A stretch of 64,000 bases of DNA from Dicyema japonicum. Taxonomy: Eukaryota; Animalia; Dicyemida. Position 1 is the first letter of the stretch. Every line of letters begins with the position of its first letter. The notes under the pieces are model-generated. The model had not been told where the DNA came from, ran no database searches, and was given only the letters and a program-made list of their open reading frames with translations. The stretch lies in contig RDEW01000002.1 in NCBI GenBank assembly GCA_011109175.1, positions 810,676 to 874,675 of the forward strand. Direction: 5' to 3'. Positions 38,022 to 51,136 of this stretch are shown here, one piece after another. Position numbers and translations under genes: made by a program.

Positions 38022-39319
38022 GGCTGTTAAATTTGACTCATAGTTGGTTAATGTTCAGTTTTTGTATTCAATAAGTCATCTTCGTTCGCATTAAACCATA
38101 TTCCTATCTCCCATACAAATGAATATCAATAAATCCTCTACAGAAGCATAGTACTCAAAGTTATCACTTTCCCTTAAATTTACGACTACAAGGAGATCTG
38201 TTACAAAACGACTCGTAATAATTTCCCATCCTCCACGAATGTTTTGAAATCTTAGTACTGATGAACATTGGAAACGTTTACCACTGTGACGGAGTATTTA
38301 TCGGTTTTGTTAAAAAGATTTAATTGTAGAGGAAAACACAACAAGTCTAACAAGGAGATCAAAACCAATGTCAGACTAGTAGAGTCAAATCAACTCTAAG
38401 AAAACAAAACATCCTTTCAAGAACATAGAACAGTGTCTCAAAAACTATTGACGCATCAATTACATCCTTCACAAGAATCTTTAAGGTTTTCCCTTATCTT
38501 TCCAAATACATTCTATAATCATATATCACTTTAACTGAGAAGTAGAGAATTAATAATATTACATATCGGATGGTTAAATTTGGAATGGACCAATGTCGAA
38601 ATTGAGAAGGAACAGTATAATTACTAGTTAAGATGTTTAGTGGTCATTTTTAAACTGTTCAAATATTATGTGGTTGTGTTTGGTTAATTGAGGGCATAAT
38701 TAAATGGTCAGATGTGTACACCTGCATCTTTGCCGTCAATATAAAAGAAAAAAGAAAGAAGACCCACAGCAATCCGCAAACGAATTGTGGAGATTCGTAT
38801 AGACACGACGATCAGTACGGATACGGCTGTGACGAATAACAAACCCGACATACGATTATTCTTGTTGAAATTGGGATCAATTCAAAACGTCTCCATCCTT
38901 TTCTGATGGGTACATATAGACCAATTCATCGAGCCAACTAAAGTTATGGAAGTGCAGCTTGGGGATCAAAACTTGCCAAAACTAACATGGATAAGATCAA
39001 CTCAGCCGAATCTAATTTGACCAAAACAATCTTCCGACTCACAGGACTACCAATAAGGGCAACCCCATTTGAGGTCCTTGTGAGGAATTCCGGCGGCCAA
39101 ATGGGAAACCGCCAGAAGAACGGTGTTATCTAAATGTGTCGATTCCTGAGAACGACACAGAGAAAAGATGTGAATACTGCTGAGAGAAGCCGGGATCACC
39201 TGATGGCGTCTCCTTTTTAATTAGTTTGCCTGGTGATTTTTTGGCTTATTAATAATAATAGAGAAATATAATGTTTTTCCATTTTTGTGATAAAAAGAAC
39301 TTGACAGAAATTCTGATTC

Positions 39320-39745
39320 CAGATAGTAAGGTATTATAAAGTAAACACTGCTAATTAAGTTATGGGAAAAGCAATATGAAACTGTAGGACTTGCCAACCG
39401 AAATTTACCCAGACAATCTCTCCAAACCATGGTAAACGCGGCATTACACAGGCTGAAAAACCTATGGCTAAAACGGAAAGGGAATAACATAAAACAAAGG
39501 ATAATGTTATATGACACCTTTATAAAACCAATCCTCCTATACAACTCTGGGACCTGGGCCACCTCAAAATAGGAATTGGAGAGGCTATACTTGTTTTACA
39601 GGAATCATCTAAGAAACATAACTGGAATGTCCAAGATCTCGCGGAAAGGACTGTACAATAAGTTTGACTGTACACCAATAAGTCTCGAGATCATTAGCTC
39701 TCGTTGGAGACTCTTTGGACACGTCCTGAGGTTGGACCCGATAAA
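39320..39745 (+). mobile_element. RTE-like retrotransposon fragment
   Basis: RIMLYDTFIKPILLYNSGTW...SSRWRLFGHVLRLD. Confidence 0.8.
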
Positions 39746-40409
39746 TTTGTACGTAGTTTTTTTGACAAACTCCTTGCAAACATCTTTGGACTAAAATCCC
39801 TTATTGGAACTTTCAATTACTTTTTTAGTGAAATGTTTGCAATAATTATACCCAACTTCCCCATCTTGCCAAACCTTTCTTGTAGATTCTCGATTACAAC
39901 AATTTTTTATCTTCGTGTCTTGTTTTTGATTATCGTTTTCATTGAAGAAATTAAAAAATCGACATCTTTAAAAAATCCTCTTATTTTAAGGCAGATTGTG
40001 GGGAAACTTTCAATACTTGTGGAGCAGCTACCATGTGTCTTACCCCATGCGATATCAGAAAAGAAAATTATCGCAATCTATCGCAAAATCATTAGCACGT
40101 GGTCAATTATCAGGCAATTTTCTACACTATTTTGGCAAGCATGAGGGGAAGGAAGTTAATGTCCAATACACTCAAACAAGTATCGTAAACTTTTACTGAT
40201 CAAGTCTTGCAAAGGAATATCCGATTCTACAAAAGCCTTAGTGACCTGATCGATCCATGAGTTGGTAGATGAGAAGAGAAAATCAAATATTCTTGTAGTG
40301 TTGACACCTATAAAAATAGTAATAAAATGATAAACCTGTTAATTTGAAATATTTCTTAGACGATCTTGCTATTGATTCTCTCAAATAATAACACTGCACT
40401 TTACCAAGA

Positions 40410-40600
40410 ACCATATTAGCTATAGCTGCTTCCAGGCAAGACACACTTTTTTAAGCAAAGAACATAACTAATCGATGAGGAGAACCAAGGAATGCTCTTC
40501 ATTTCTTGTTCTTTTGTTGGATGTGAGTCCTTTTGTAGAAGATCGGTTCCGCAATGGAATGTTCAATGATGATGGGGTCACTCGTCTAACAAAGGTTTTA
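40410..40600 (-). repeat. Dispersed repeat, probable LINE 3' end; other copies at about 56990-57200 and 63670-63750
   Basis: Shared CCATATTAGCTAT...AGGCAAGACACACTTT...AACTAAT; this copy and the 56990 copy continue with AACCAAGGAATGCTCTTCA. Confidence 0.75.
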
Positions 40601-40885
40601 AAAATGTGCCGCATAAATTGCGAAAAGATTTCCTTGTGAATTGCTATAAAATTCATTACTATATTTTCAAATAACAGACTAATCTTTTCAATGTCCTTTT
40701 GATTGAACAGGCATCAAAGTAAGTAAGATGATAATTGAACACACGCTATTATTTTATTTAAAAACTCGCAATATTAAAAAATCAAATCAAAATAACTTTT
40801 GATTTATATAATATTTTTGATTAAAAACTACATTTATAATTTTTAAAAAATTTAAAAAAAAACATGAATTTTTGACTTTATTGAC

Positions 40886-41040
40886 TATTATTAACCCTCA
40901 ATACAGAACAACATAAAAGGTAACAGGCGTCCATTCCCGGAATTTGTGGAAACTTTCCAGTGAGTGGAGGAGAGCAAATGATCCTTTTCGCGCCAGCCTG
41001 GCACTGGGAGCCACTTGAGACAGTTGGATCAGATGACGCG
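40886..41040 (-). mobile_element. Short non-autonomous element with HDV-like 5' RNA (40979-41040, copy B)
   Basis: Homologous to 50905-51136; P2 TGATCC/GGATCA, P4 GTGCCA/TGGCGC; tail GGGTTAATAA; partial flanking repeat ATTGA. Confidence 0.7.
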
Positions 41041-43121
41041 ATTGATCTTACTTAATCATTAAAGAACTGTATTTGAAGAAAAACTTTACTGCTATAATAC
41101 AAAATAATTTAAAACTCTAATTAATGTAAAGTCAAATTCTATTGATTTCTATTTACTTTATTCTAAAATCTACACTTTCCTTAAGCTCACACCAAGGAGA
41201 CAATAACTGACTTGCAGTAAGTCTAACTGTATAATTGAATTCTTAGTAATTCTCCTGGTTTTCGTTCATCATACGAAGGACAAACCTTATAATCGCTCTC
41301 CTCGTCTTTCCCAGCATCAAGATAATTCTCTCCACGAAAAACCACTTCACACATCCATATAAGAGAGGAGCCGTATAGTAGCTTGGTCAAACACTACCAC
41401 TACTTTATTTTTCCATCAAAAAAATTTAGCAAATTATTGGGAGGATCATTTTATGAGCTTATGACGAATCTCTTACTTATATGAGAAGGTTAATTCAATT
41501 TATAATCGATAAAATATTTTAGAGGATTAAATTTGTTTTTCAATTTACTTTTCCCATCGACGCGAATTCCTGGGTCGTTTAGGGAATCGGATTTCTACAC
41601 GCACAAGAGATCTCCGTGAGCACTGCTGGCTAGTTAAGCGAATCACCTTCCTGGGAGAGAATATCTACGGATTCAGAGCAGCTACTGTATGATCCTCTGA
41701 CTTAAGTATTAAGCTGCTTACAAATATCATTTATTTTATAAAACTTCCTTCACCTTGTTAGAATATGTCATAATAGCTTATTGATTTCATTAACAGCTAT
41801 TTTTGAAACCACAAAATACCAATAAAACTCAAAAACCACAAACCCCAAGCAACGTCTCTTCAAAGACATTGGCCTTACAATCATTAAAGGCAACTCTGAG
41901 TGCCTTCTTTCCAGAGCGTTCAAGGCAGTAATAATCATGGACAGCAAACTTTCAATAAGACTCACCCAGAGCGTTCAAGGGCTGTAATAATCATGGACAG
42001 AATCTCCCAATAAGAGACTCTTCTGAATTACGTCATTTCAAAATCACTATATAAGTGCAGGATCAGTGACATCATACATTAGACGTAGTCACTCATTTAA
42101 GAACTATTGATTCACTACGACCTTGATATAACGATTTGATCATGAATCGGGGTAATAGAAGAGGCTAAGCCCTTGAATAGTTTTAAAATTTATAAATTCA
42201 CAGAATCTGCCGTTGAAACTAAAACTTGGATTCTCGTCAAGAAATTTTCCTTTCAGAAAGGCAATCAAATTTGCGGTTTAACGTCTGATTTGACAAACAG
42301 TGCAATGATTAAGACTTATAAAATTATTAGACGGCAGTTACAATGTTTCCACATTAAATGGATTTGTTCTCCAAGCAGCACAGTGTTTTTAACAGTGATC
42401 CCATACTTAGCAAGCTTTCCTCCAATTCAGAAGTCAATTTGTGACCTTAACCTTAGATGAGATATATTGGGGACAAGAATGTTTCGCACGATGAAAAAAA
42501 GTTCCGATTTCTGCAGGACTGTAGAGCCGGCCTCGTAGTTCTAGTAACACGATGGTTTAACTACCAATTTTAAGGTTTTTATGACTTTTGGAGTATCAAT
42601 TACATTTGTGGAGGACAAAGTCAGCAACAGCATTCAGTTTATGCATTTCGACTCCACACAGAATAAAGTGAATGTCTTCTTATTGCAGATGAACTTAACT
42701 GCGAGGTGTATTTTTAACGGAACAAACGTTTTGTGCCACGCTTGCATTGATACGGAGACTCTCTCTGGTTATGGGTATTTGGAGCCTGATTCAATCTATA
42801 ATTCATGCATTTAATAATTTTATGATTGAATACATGAACTTCCATTTTGATATTAAATGTCTTAAATTGTCGGTTTTCCTGTGGTACCTACTCTTTGCTC
42901 AGGGGGTAGTGGATGATGCTGTCGCTTGTGTTACATGCCGTGGGTTCTATTCTCACGCAGCTACCTGTTTGTCGATGGATTTCCTCTCAGTTCTTTGCCT
43001 AGAGGTGTTGGTGGAGTGTTTGGATAGGTGCGTATCACTCAGAGGGTTGGGGGTTGTATGATCAGATGTTAGTCGACCCTCAACCTCTTTCCAGTGTTTT
43101 TAAATTAAATCGAATTTTAGA

Positions 43122-43184
43122 GGCGTCACGGGATTCACCAACTGAGGACACGCCCAATGCCTAGTTGGCATCCAAAGAGAATCT
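43122..43184 (+). ncRNA. HDV-like ribozyme candidate (copy D)
   Basis: P1 GGCGT/ACGCC, P2 GGATTC/GAATCT, P4 ATGCC/GGCAT, J4/2 CCAAAGA. Confidence 0.55.
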
Positions 43185-43494
43185 AATGGCTGACAACCTG
43201 CACTCTGGGAAAGGATATGCCCTAATCAAGGCCCGAGTACGCCAATGAATGAGTGAGTTTCCAAGTAAAATTATTTTAACTTTTTATTCACGTTCCGACC
43301 GATCACTGTCGAGACAACTGAAGAGATAAGGACTAGGTCTTCTCCCTTCCTCAAGACCCTGAGGCGTTGACTACAAACAAAAGCAATGAGGCCCGTGAAT
43401 TCCGGTGGTTTATCCAGTCTATTTTAACGTGACAGGCAATGCCGCAGTTAGTGTAACAAAAATTACTATTAAATGACTTTAATAAAATCAGTTA

Positions 43495-43890
43495 CGTCAT
43501 TTGGGCGATAAAAATTGGGGGTCATTTATTCACAACGGTAAAACATGGAAATCGAATGTGAAGTCAATAATTCGTATTTTCCGTAGTAGCTTATTTCACG
43601 CAAGTTCTCATTGAACTGTAATATTGTGGCCTGCTAAGGTGTATAATTCTTTCGTAGTCTCATAGTTTAGTTTGAGAAAAATAGAAATCATGGGATTTGT
43701 AGGGTCAATCAAATCACCCATATCAAGAAAGAAGTACTGACCATCTAAAGTTGACATTTCATAGCTAAGCCGACTAAAAGGTAGATACGCTCTTCATCAA
43801 CGTAGTTTCGTGTTCAGTCTATTAATAGCTCCTTTGTTCTGCCAATTTGTTCATTTTTTGTAACTCCCTCAAATGATAGATTCATTTTCA
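43495..43890 (-). pseudogene. Cadherin-like domain remnant
   Basis: LDGQYFFLD...LKLNYETTKELYTL and a VNK*PP segment resemble the LDYE and DxNDxxP cadherin motifs; one 24-nt GT-AG intron; stops. Confidence 0.4.
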
Positions 43891-44399
43891 ATTATTATTA
43901 TTAAAAAGCACTCCGAGAAAACATAAAATAATTTAAGTTTTCCGTGTGCCTTATTCCTATTCATCCTCTCTGTCAGTCACCACCATGATCCTCTGATGCG
44001 CGCTAGTTCTCTTGGGTAGTTCAGGTCCTCCGACGAAGTTAGTTTCATACAGGTCCTCGACGAAGTTTATTTCATAAAGTTAGTTACATAGGTCTCCGTT
44101 CAAAATAGTCGGAAGTGTCGTTCTTGGCCTTCCGCGGAATCCAGCTCCTATGTGCGAAGTAGTTGTCAATTGCGGGGATCTGGTGATTTTGACGTAACAC
44201 GTGGCCAAAGAGGCTTCATCTTGATTTGAAAATATCATCTGACAGCAGTCGGATTTACTTCATAGGCCAGTTGATCTTGATTACCGATTTGAGCTGAGCT
44301 CTGTGAAGAGTCAAGACAGTCAACTTTTCGGTAAATATTCATATTAACTAAGCTTCAATATTTACATTTCTCTACTGATTTTGTTTGAGTCAGAGAATG

Positions 44400-45090
44400 T
44401 CATCCCAGGCTCAAAATAAAGAACTCAATGATTTGATCACAAAAAGCAAGGAAATCGAAGACTTCCAATCCTTATTAATTTGAACTCTTTAGAAGTTTTC
44501 GTCTTATTTAGTAGACCTTACCCCCTTCGATACCCAAGTGAAGCAAACGGACGGTGGTTCATCTCACGTGAACCCCTGCCACCAATTCGAGTCTACAGGA
44601 ACACCAGGTGAAAATGAGGTGGTAGTTGGGAGTGTCCGGGATCACCTAATGATCACGTTTTCTCAATTCAGTAATGCAAGATGACTTGCTCACCTCAAAA
44701 GGCTTGCTGCCATTCAACAGGAACCTGGCTGAATAGTTATCCTCGTGTAAAATTGGCAACCTGTTTGGTGATGAGGTAGTGAGAATCGCTCTGTCAAAGC
44801 CTTAGAGTTTGTGCTGAACTAAAATGTCGCTTGGATGTTGATAGATACGTATGGTTACCATCCCCTGCCATGCAAGTTGAGCGCGGGCCTTTTCCTCAGA
44901 CATACCTGTCTCAACATGTCATCAGAAAAATGCACTTTCCTTTGCTGCCCACCACTGTCTTTTGAAGCCGACTGGTTTCTTCCGGAGATGGCAAACACCC
45001 CGACGGGATGACGATTTTACTTTTCGCTAATAATTGGATCTATTTTTGGACGTGTGTTGATACATACTTCTAAACAAACCGAGGATTGCT
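44400..45090 (+). mobile_element. CRE-like remnant
   Basis: YGYHPLPCKLSAGLFLRH...GDGKHPDGMTI. Confidence 0.65.
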
Positions 45091-45782
45091 AACTATCCAT
45101 AAATACAATATTAATTCTACAAACCCACTTACTAAGCTAATATATTTCATGTGGGTTACCTGCTCGTTGAGAAAACATTTGGAGCAAACAGATACAACTT
45201 ATTTCCCTTACCAAGAACTACCAAATAGTTTTCTTGGTAGTGGCTACGGGAGTGCCTAGCTACCGTTCCCAGATTTCTTTTAAATAAATTTAATGACAGC
45301 AAAGTTAATTCGTTAGTTAAGAGAACCTCAGACTCACTAACTTGTAGGAGTCCAGCGACTATTAAGTGGGACTCGGCCGGTCAGTCTCATAGATTGGTCA
45401 ACTTTGGCCTGGTGGGCAAACAGCGTACTAGTTCAGGACATTCAAAGGTAATCTACTGCCAACTCGGAGATATTTAAAAGGAAGAGAACATCTTTAGCAT
45501 CATCCAGTTTACACACGCATATCTGTAAAGAGGAGTGGTACACACAGTGGAAAAACCAGGTTTACCCAGATGTCCCTCGGTAGAAAAGAATTCTGATCGT
45601 TGATAGGAGGAGGGCGGAAGATTTACTATAATCAAGTCTTCGAATGGTTCATGTGGAAGCAAACACGTGTATCAGTTTCAAACGAACCCAGAATATCAAA
45701 AAGCCTACCAAACACAAATAAAACAAAAATCGCATTAATCAAGAAAATTCAAAAAACAGATTAAACCATAAATAGTAAATCC

Positions 45783-47820
45783 CTAAAGTGGAATATTCCC
45801 ATGTTTCTTCCAGGGAGTGTAAACCTGTTTAGAACTCAACATCTCCAAGTCATCAATAATCCTCCTTCTCGTGTCAGCAGGGTCAATCACATCGTCAACA
45901 TAACCTCAAATAATCAAACAGCCACACCTCTCTCAGCAACTGGAATGGCACTACTAAATTTCTTGTTATACTCATCCTCTTGGGCCGCAGGGTCACTCGA
46001 TCCACGGAAAATGATCTGGACAGCGGCTTTAGCCCCGAGGACTGCCACCTCGCCAGTCGGCCATATGTAGTTCACATCTCCTCTGAGACTCTTAGAACTC
46101 ATTACAATGTAGGCCCCACCATATGCCTAGAATCAAACACGTGGGTTACTTTCCTGGTTATAACGGTGATCTTAGGGACAGTGGCTTCAGCATAGGCGTA
46201 TATCAACTTGGCTCCGTGGCGAATAATTCCGTCGTGTTCCTGCTTAACACCTGGCAGGAATCCGGGGACATCAACGAAGGAGACTATAGGGATGTTGAAT
46301 GCGTCACAGAAGCGAACGAATCTTGCAGCCTTCACAGAGGCATTGATATCAAGACATCCAGCAGCCACTTTGGGCTGATTTCCCACAATTCCCACAGTCT
46401 GTCCGTTCATTCTGGCAAAACAGATGACAATATTCTTGGCAAAGTCAGGCATGATCTCGAGGATCTTTCTATTGTCGACCACCTAAGGTCACAGTACACA
46501 ACAACGTCTCTAATGATGTCTTTCATGTCATAGGCAGCAGTGGACTCCAAGGGGACGGCTGATCGCAAGGAAGGCACTAATCGGTCCCTAACACAGGTCA
46601 TTATAATAAAAACCGAGGATCAGTGCACGGAAAGGTGGGGATAGGAGACCGATTACTGGAGGGGAGAAAGCTGAGGAATTCCCGAAGATTAAGGAGAAGT
46701 TGAACGTCGTTTTCGTATGAAAAGTGGGCCACACCTGACCGAGTTGTGTGTGGCTTGTACCCTCCCAACTGAGCCTTCGTGACGTCCTCGTTGGTCACAG
46801 TCAACATATTTACTAGAAGAGTACTTTGACCACATCCGGGCCTGTGATGAACATGTAAGACTCCTTGGTCATGAAAACAAAGTCGGTGATCGCTGGGGAA
46901 TATACAGCACCCCCAGCACAGGGACCCATTATCACAGATATTTGAGGGATAACCCCAGAACTGACGACATTTCTCTGTTCGTTAAATCAATGACCTACTT
47001 TGAAAATCTCAGCAAATCCAGTGAGAGAACTACAGCCTTCTTGAATTCTAGCACCACCAGAGTCGTTCAGTCCGATGACTGGAGCTCCTACATTCAACGC
47101 CATATCCATAATCTTGCATATTTTTTGAGAGTGGACTTCCGACAGTGAACCCCCAAGAACAGTAAAATCCTTAAAATTAAATAATTTCAACGAAAAACCA
47201 AGAATTGATCAATTTAAAAAATCAGTTTAATAAAAATAAATAAAATTATTAATGTTGCATATTAAGAAAACTTGGTTTAAAATAAAAAAAATAACTAAAA
47301 ATAAAATAACTAAAAATAAAAACATTTCTTAAATAATAATAAATAAATTTAAAAATTGTTTAATGACGCGACTTAATAAATCAGGCCATTTTGTGAGATT
47401 AAGTATGATATCACATCATAATACCTGACTAAAGAGAAATATTCTTTTTCCGTTAACAGTACCATGTCCAGTCACCACGGAATCACCAAAGAACTACAAT
47501 GTGAGGCAAACTGTACTTTTTGCCGGTCCAGGCCGAAGTTAGTCGACTGGTGAGTCACTAGTCCGTCATACTCCACGAATGAGTTTTCATCACATAAAAG
47601 TTCGATTCTCATTCGTGCTGTTAATTTCCCCTGCAAAGTGAGATAATGATGATGCCTTATTTAGCTGGGCTTGTATCCTCTTAGCCCCACCTCCTTCCTG
47701 AGAAGACTTTTTTGCATTCTCTAGATCCTTTACCGCCCTTAGCGTTTGATCTACTGTGGAACTTGACAGTCGCCATTGTGGGGATAAAATAGAGCGATAG
47801 CATATAAGCCGAGAAATCAT
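45783..47820 (-). CDS. PCCB: Propionyl-CoA carboxylase beta chain, mitochondrial; 10 exons
   Basis: N-terminal presequence-like [12 protein letters not shown]; [11 protein letters not shown]|[42 protein letters not shown]|[14 protein letters not shown]. Eight 23-26 nt introns and one 255-nt intron (47170-47424). Confidence 0.96.
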
Positions 47821-47919
47821 TAGTAATTAATTCTAAAACTTGTTTTAATTAAATTTAAATAATTTAATTTTTTAATAATAATATTTTAATATAACAATTT
47901 GATTTTACTTCCCGATGTC

Positions 47920-50000
47920 TGGCAGTTCTTGAAGATATGAACAGTAATTTTTGGATCGGTATCAGTTTCCCGGATGTGTGCCTTTCGAAAAGGAGGGAGG
48001 TATTTTGTGATAAGAAGAAGCCGACCTACATATACAAATATGCAAACTGGAACCTTTTCCTGATTATTAATGAATTTTGTTTGGCTGACGTAAATCTGGA
48101 GGATTTCTCATCCCTTGACAAGGCGGTGTATCACATAAATGACATCATTCTGCAAGGGAGAAAAATGGCTGTCCCAATAAGACACGCCTGCTACACAAGA
48201 GGCTTTGGAAAGATGGCTTTGGTCAAGGAAAGAAATAGCCTCAAAAAGACTGGAACTGAGGCAAAACTCCGACTGAAAGCACTGAATGAAAATAATACAA
48301 GAAAGAAAATGGTCACGAGTTCTCACAGCTTTGAACCGAAATCAGACAACCGCCAAGTATGGAAAATCATTCGGGACATATCAGGGCTGATGATAGACCA
48401 ACCGACGAATCCGAATACAGCCAAAAGAATATGAATTCCATTATGAAGTATTATGTGAAAATGCCCATAAAGAGAAACGGAAGATCAAGACAGGTCAACT
48501 TCCTTTGGAAAAACCGAAGAGGGACCGCTATCTTCCTACTTTTTAGAAACGGATGTAAAAGAAGCACTGCTCAATACAAAGACTACCTATTCCCACGCAC
48601 AGATGGAATCCCTGTTGTGCTGCTGAAAAATCTTGGACCGGAGGGGATCAGGACCCTTACAAAGATCTATAATTGGTCTTTAAGGGAAAATGCGATCCCC
48701 TCACTATGGAAACTCACCTACATCCGTCCGATATTGAAGATGGGAAACCAAAAAACAACCCGGCATCATTCAGACCGGTATCGTTGCTATCTTCAATGTC
48801 GAATATTCTGGAAAAACTAGTTCTTCAGAAGATCAGAGGAACAATCTCAGAGAAACCATTCCAACACGAATTTAAATCTCTTCACTCGACGGATACCCAC
48901 CTACTATCCCTGAGTAATTTTATTCCCTCGGAATCACCAACAAACCCAGGTACTAAGAGACAATTCTATGTTCTGTAGACATTCACAAGGCATTCGACTC
49001 CATCCTAAGAAAAAGACTCACCAGGAAAATCTATCAGACGGATATACCTGGGAATTGCAAACTCTGGCTGGTGAATTTCCTCAGTGGACGAAGAGGACGA
49101 GTCTGTTTGGGAAACCTACGGTCGAGCTCCCGTTTTATTACAAATGGGATACCCCAAGGATCTTCTCTGTCCTCTATACTATTCAATTTTTTCTTGAATG
49201 ATATCCCGACATCGAAGCATGAGGATGACCTTTACTGGCTTATGCAGATGATATTGTTATTGCATCATGGACCAAGACGTTCAGGCCGCCTCGGAAAGAT
49301 TACAATTACTTGTAAACTGCTTAATCTACTGGTTAAATGAAAACAGTCTGTCGATCAGCCCGTAATAATCGGTTACGTCTTTCCTTACCTCTGATAAGAG
49401 AATATCCAACAGGACAGTGGATATAGAAGCAGATAGAAGCAAGTTGCCATTCCAAAAATGGCAGAAGATCCTATGAGTAGTATTCGACACCCATAATGAC
49501 TTTCTCGAGCCACGTGGGAAATGTTTTAAACAAATGTGAAAAGAAAATCAATTTCTTGAAGGGGATCTCTGGTTTATGGAAGATCGGAAGTCATCCAGTT
49601 CTGAAATCACTATACAGCCAGTACGTCGAGCCATCCATATCATATGCATGTGCATCATGGGGCCCCTCAATTTCTTGGACGAATGCCCAGAGAATTGCGG
49701 CAACTCAAAAAAGCGTTTTGTTATGGAACACTAAACGTCTTCTCAATCATGGAATACTTTACAGAACGTCACCGGGACTTCCTCAAGATGGCAAAGTTCC
49801 CTGACCATCCCCTCGGACCGCAAATCAGACTATATGGACGCCTGCCGAGATATGAGAAGAAACCTTCCCCGCTGTGAAAATTAATCCAGGACTCCAAAAC
49901 TAACCGCAGGGAAAGAACTGGTATGGACACCGGGATACTTAATTAGACGATAACTTTTATCCTCTTTCTCGTGATTTCGGGGTAATTAAATAAATAAAAT
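47920..50000 (+). mobile_element. APE-type LINE RT region, frameshifted
   Basis: YKYANW, DGIPVVLLKNLG, PASFRPVSLLS, NGIPQGSSLSSILFN, AYADDI; tail GGGGTAATTAAATAAATAAA. Confidence 0.9.
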
Positions 50001-50904
50001 TACCTTTCACAATCCGAAAGGCATCCAAAATTTTTTGTTAAATTAAATTAAAATTAATTCCAAACCGAAAAAACTAACTAAGTAATCCCGACGAATTGAA
50101 TCATGACTCTCATCTTTGCTCGGTGTTGATCTTTAGAGCCTACACAAGTTCGCTGCGGGCGAGCACTTCCTTCTTGGCATTGGTTCATATTAATGGGAGT
50201 TTACTGTACTTTTATTTAAAATTTAAATAAAAGTAATTTTACTTTGTAATTTAAATTTACTTATTTTATGCAATTTAATGAAAATTTACAATCGTAACTA
50301 ACAAAATTTACTGACTTGGACAAATCTATCGGTGGGGTCGGGAGTGTTTCCTCAAGGTCCTCTTAGACGACAATGGGTATTTCCTATGAAGATGCATTGT
50401 CCCTTATCTTTTTTTGTCATAAAGGTCTACACGGACTAAAGCCACTCCTCATAAAACAAACATTGTAGCAAATGTGGATGATGTGGATTTCATTTCGAAT
50501 AATAAGGAAGCACTTATTGCATTATTGGAGGCAGGATTATCAAAATGACAGAGTGGCTCCTAACGGTAGGCCGGTCAAAAATGAAATCACGGAACCCATG
50601 AGAGAGGAAGAGGAGAAAATGAGAACTGGTGCAAACTCAAAGGGCTTACTCCTTGGAATCACGAAGAAATTACAAAACAAAAGCTAATACCTTCCTAACG
50701 AAGTAAAAGAAACCTGGCTATTTTATAAAAAAACTTGTGAACGAAAGAATCCGATTTTTCGTAAAGCCTGTACTCTTGTACAACTCTGGTCGAATTTACT
50801 GAGTTGCAACTCATCCGCAAAAAATGCTGCCTTAGTAGATATTAAAACATCATTCAAAAAACCACCTAAAATTGATTTTTCGAAAAGTACCTGTAGACTC
50901 TAAT

Positions 50905-51136
50905 TTAATTTATTAACCCCGGATACACCGAGAAAGAAGTTAAAGTAAACAACTAATTATGTGTATCCAGTATCCACTTCTACAGAAACAGAGTCCATCC
51001 GAATCAACATAAAGGGTAAAATACGTCCATATTTTCAGTTGTGGAAACCCCTCCAGTGGAGTGGGGAGAGCAAATGATCCTTTTTCGTGCCGGCCTGGCA
51101 CTGGGCGTCACCTAGACAGGTGGATCACATGACGCC
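50905..51136 (-). mobile_element. 232-bp non-autonomous retroelement: HDV-like RNA (51075-51136, copy A) plus GGGGTTAATAAA tail
   Basis: Perfect 8-bp TSD ACTCTAAT at 50897-50904 and 51137-51144; P1 GGCGTC/GACGCC, P2 TGATCC/GGATCA, P3 ACC/GGT, P4 GTGCC/GGCAC. Confidence 0.85.

Noticed and set aside
38258-38280. CTGATGA...GAAAC hammerhead-like core
   Set aside because: No stem II pairing and no convincing stems I and III.
41756-42133. Possible solo LTR with an internal ~55-bp tandem duplication
   Set aside because: Ends are TG...CG rather than TG...CA, there is no TSD, and no partner LTR is in the window.
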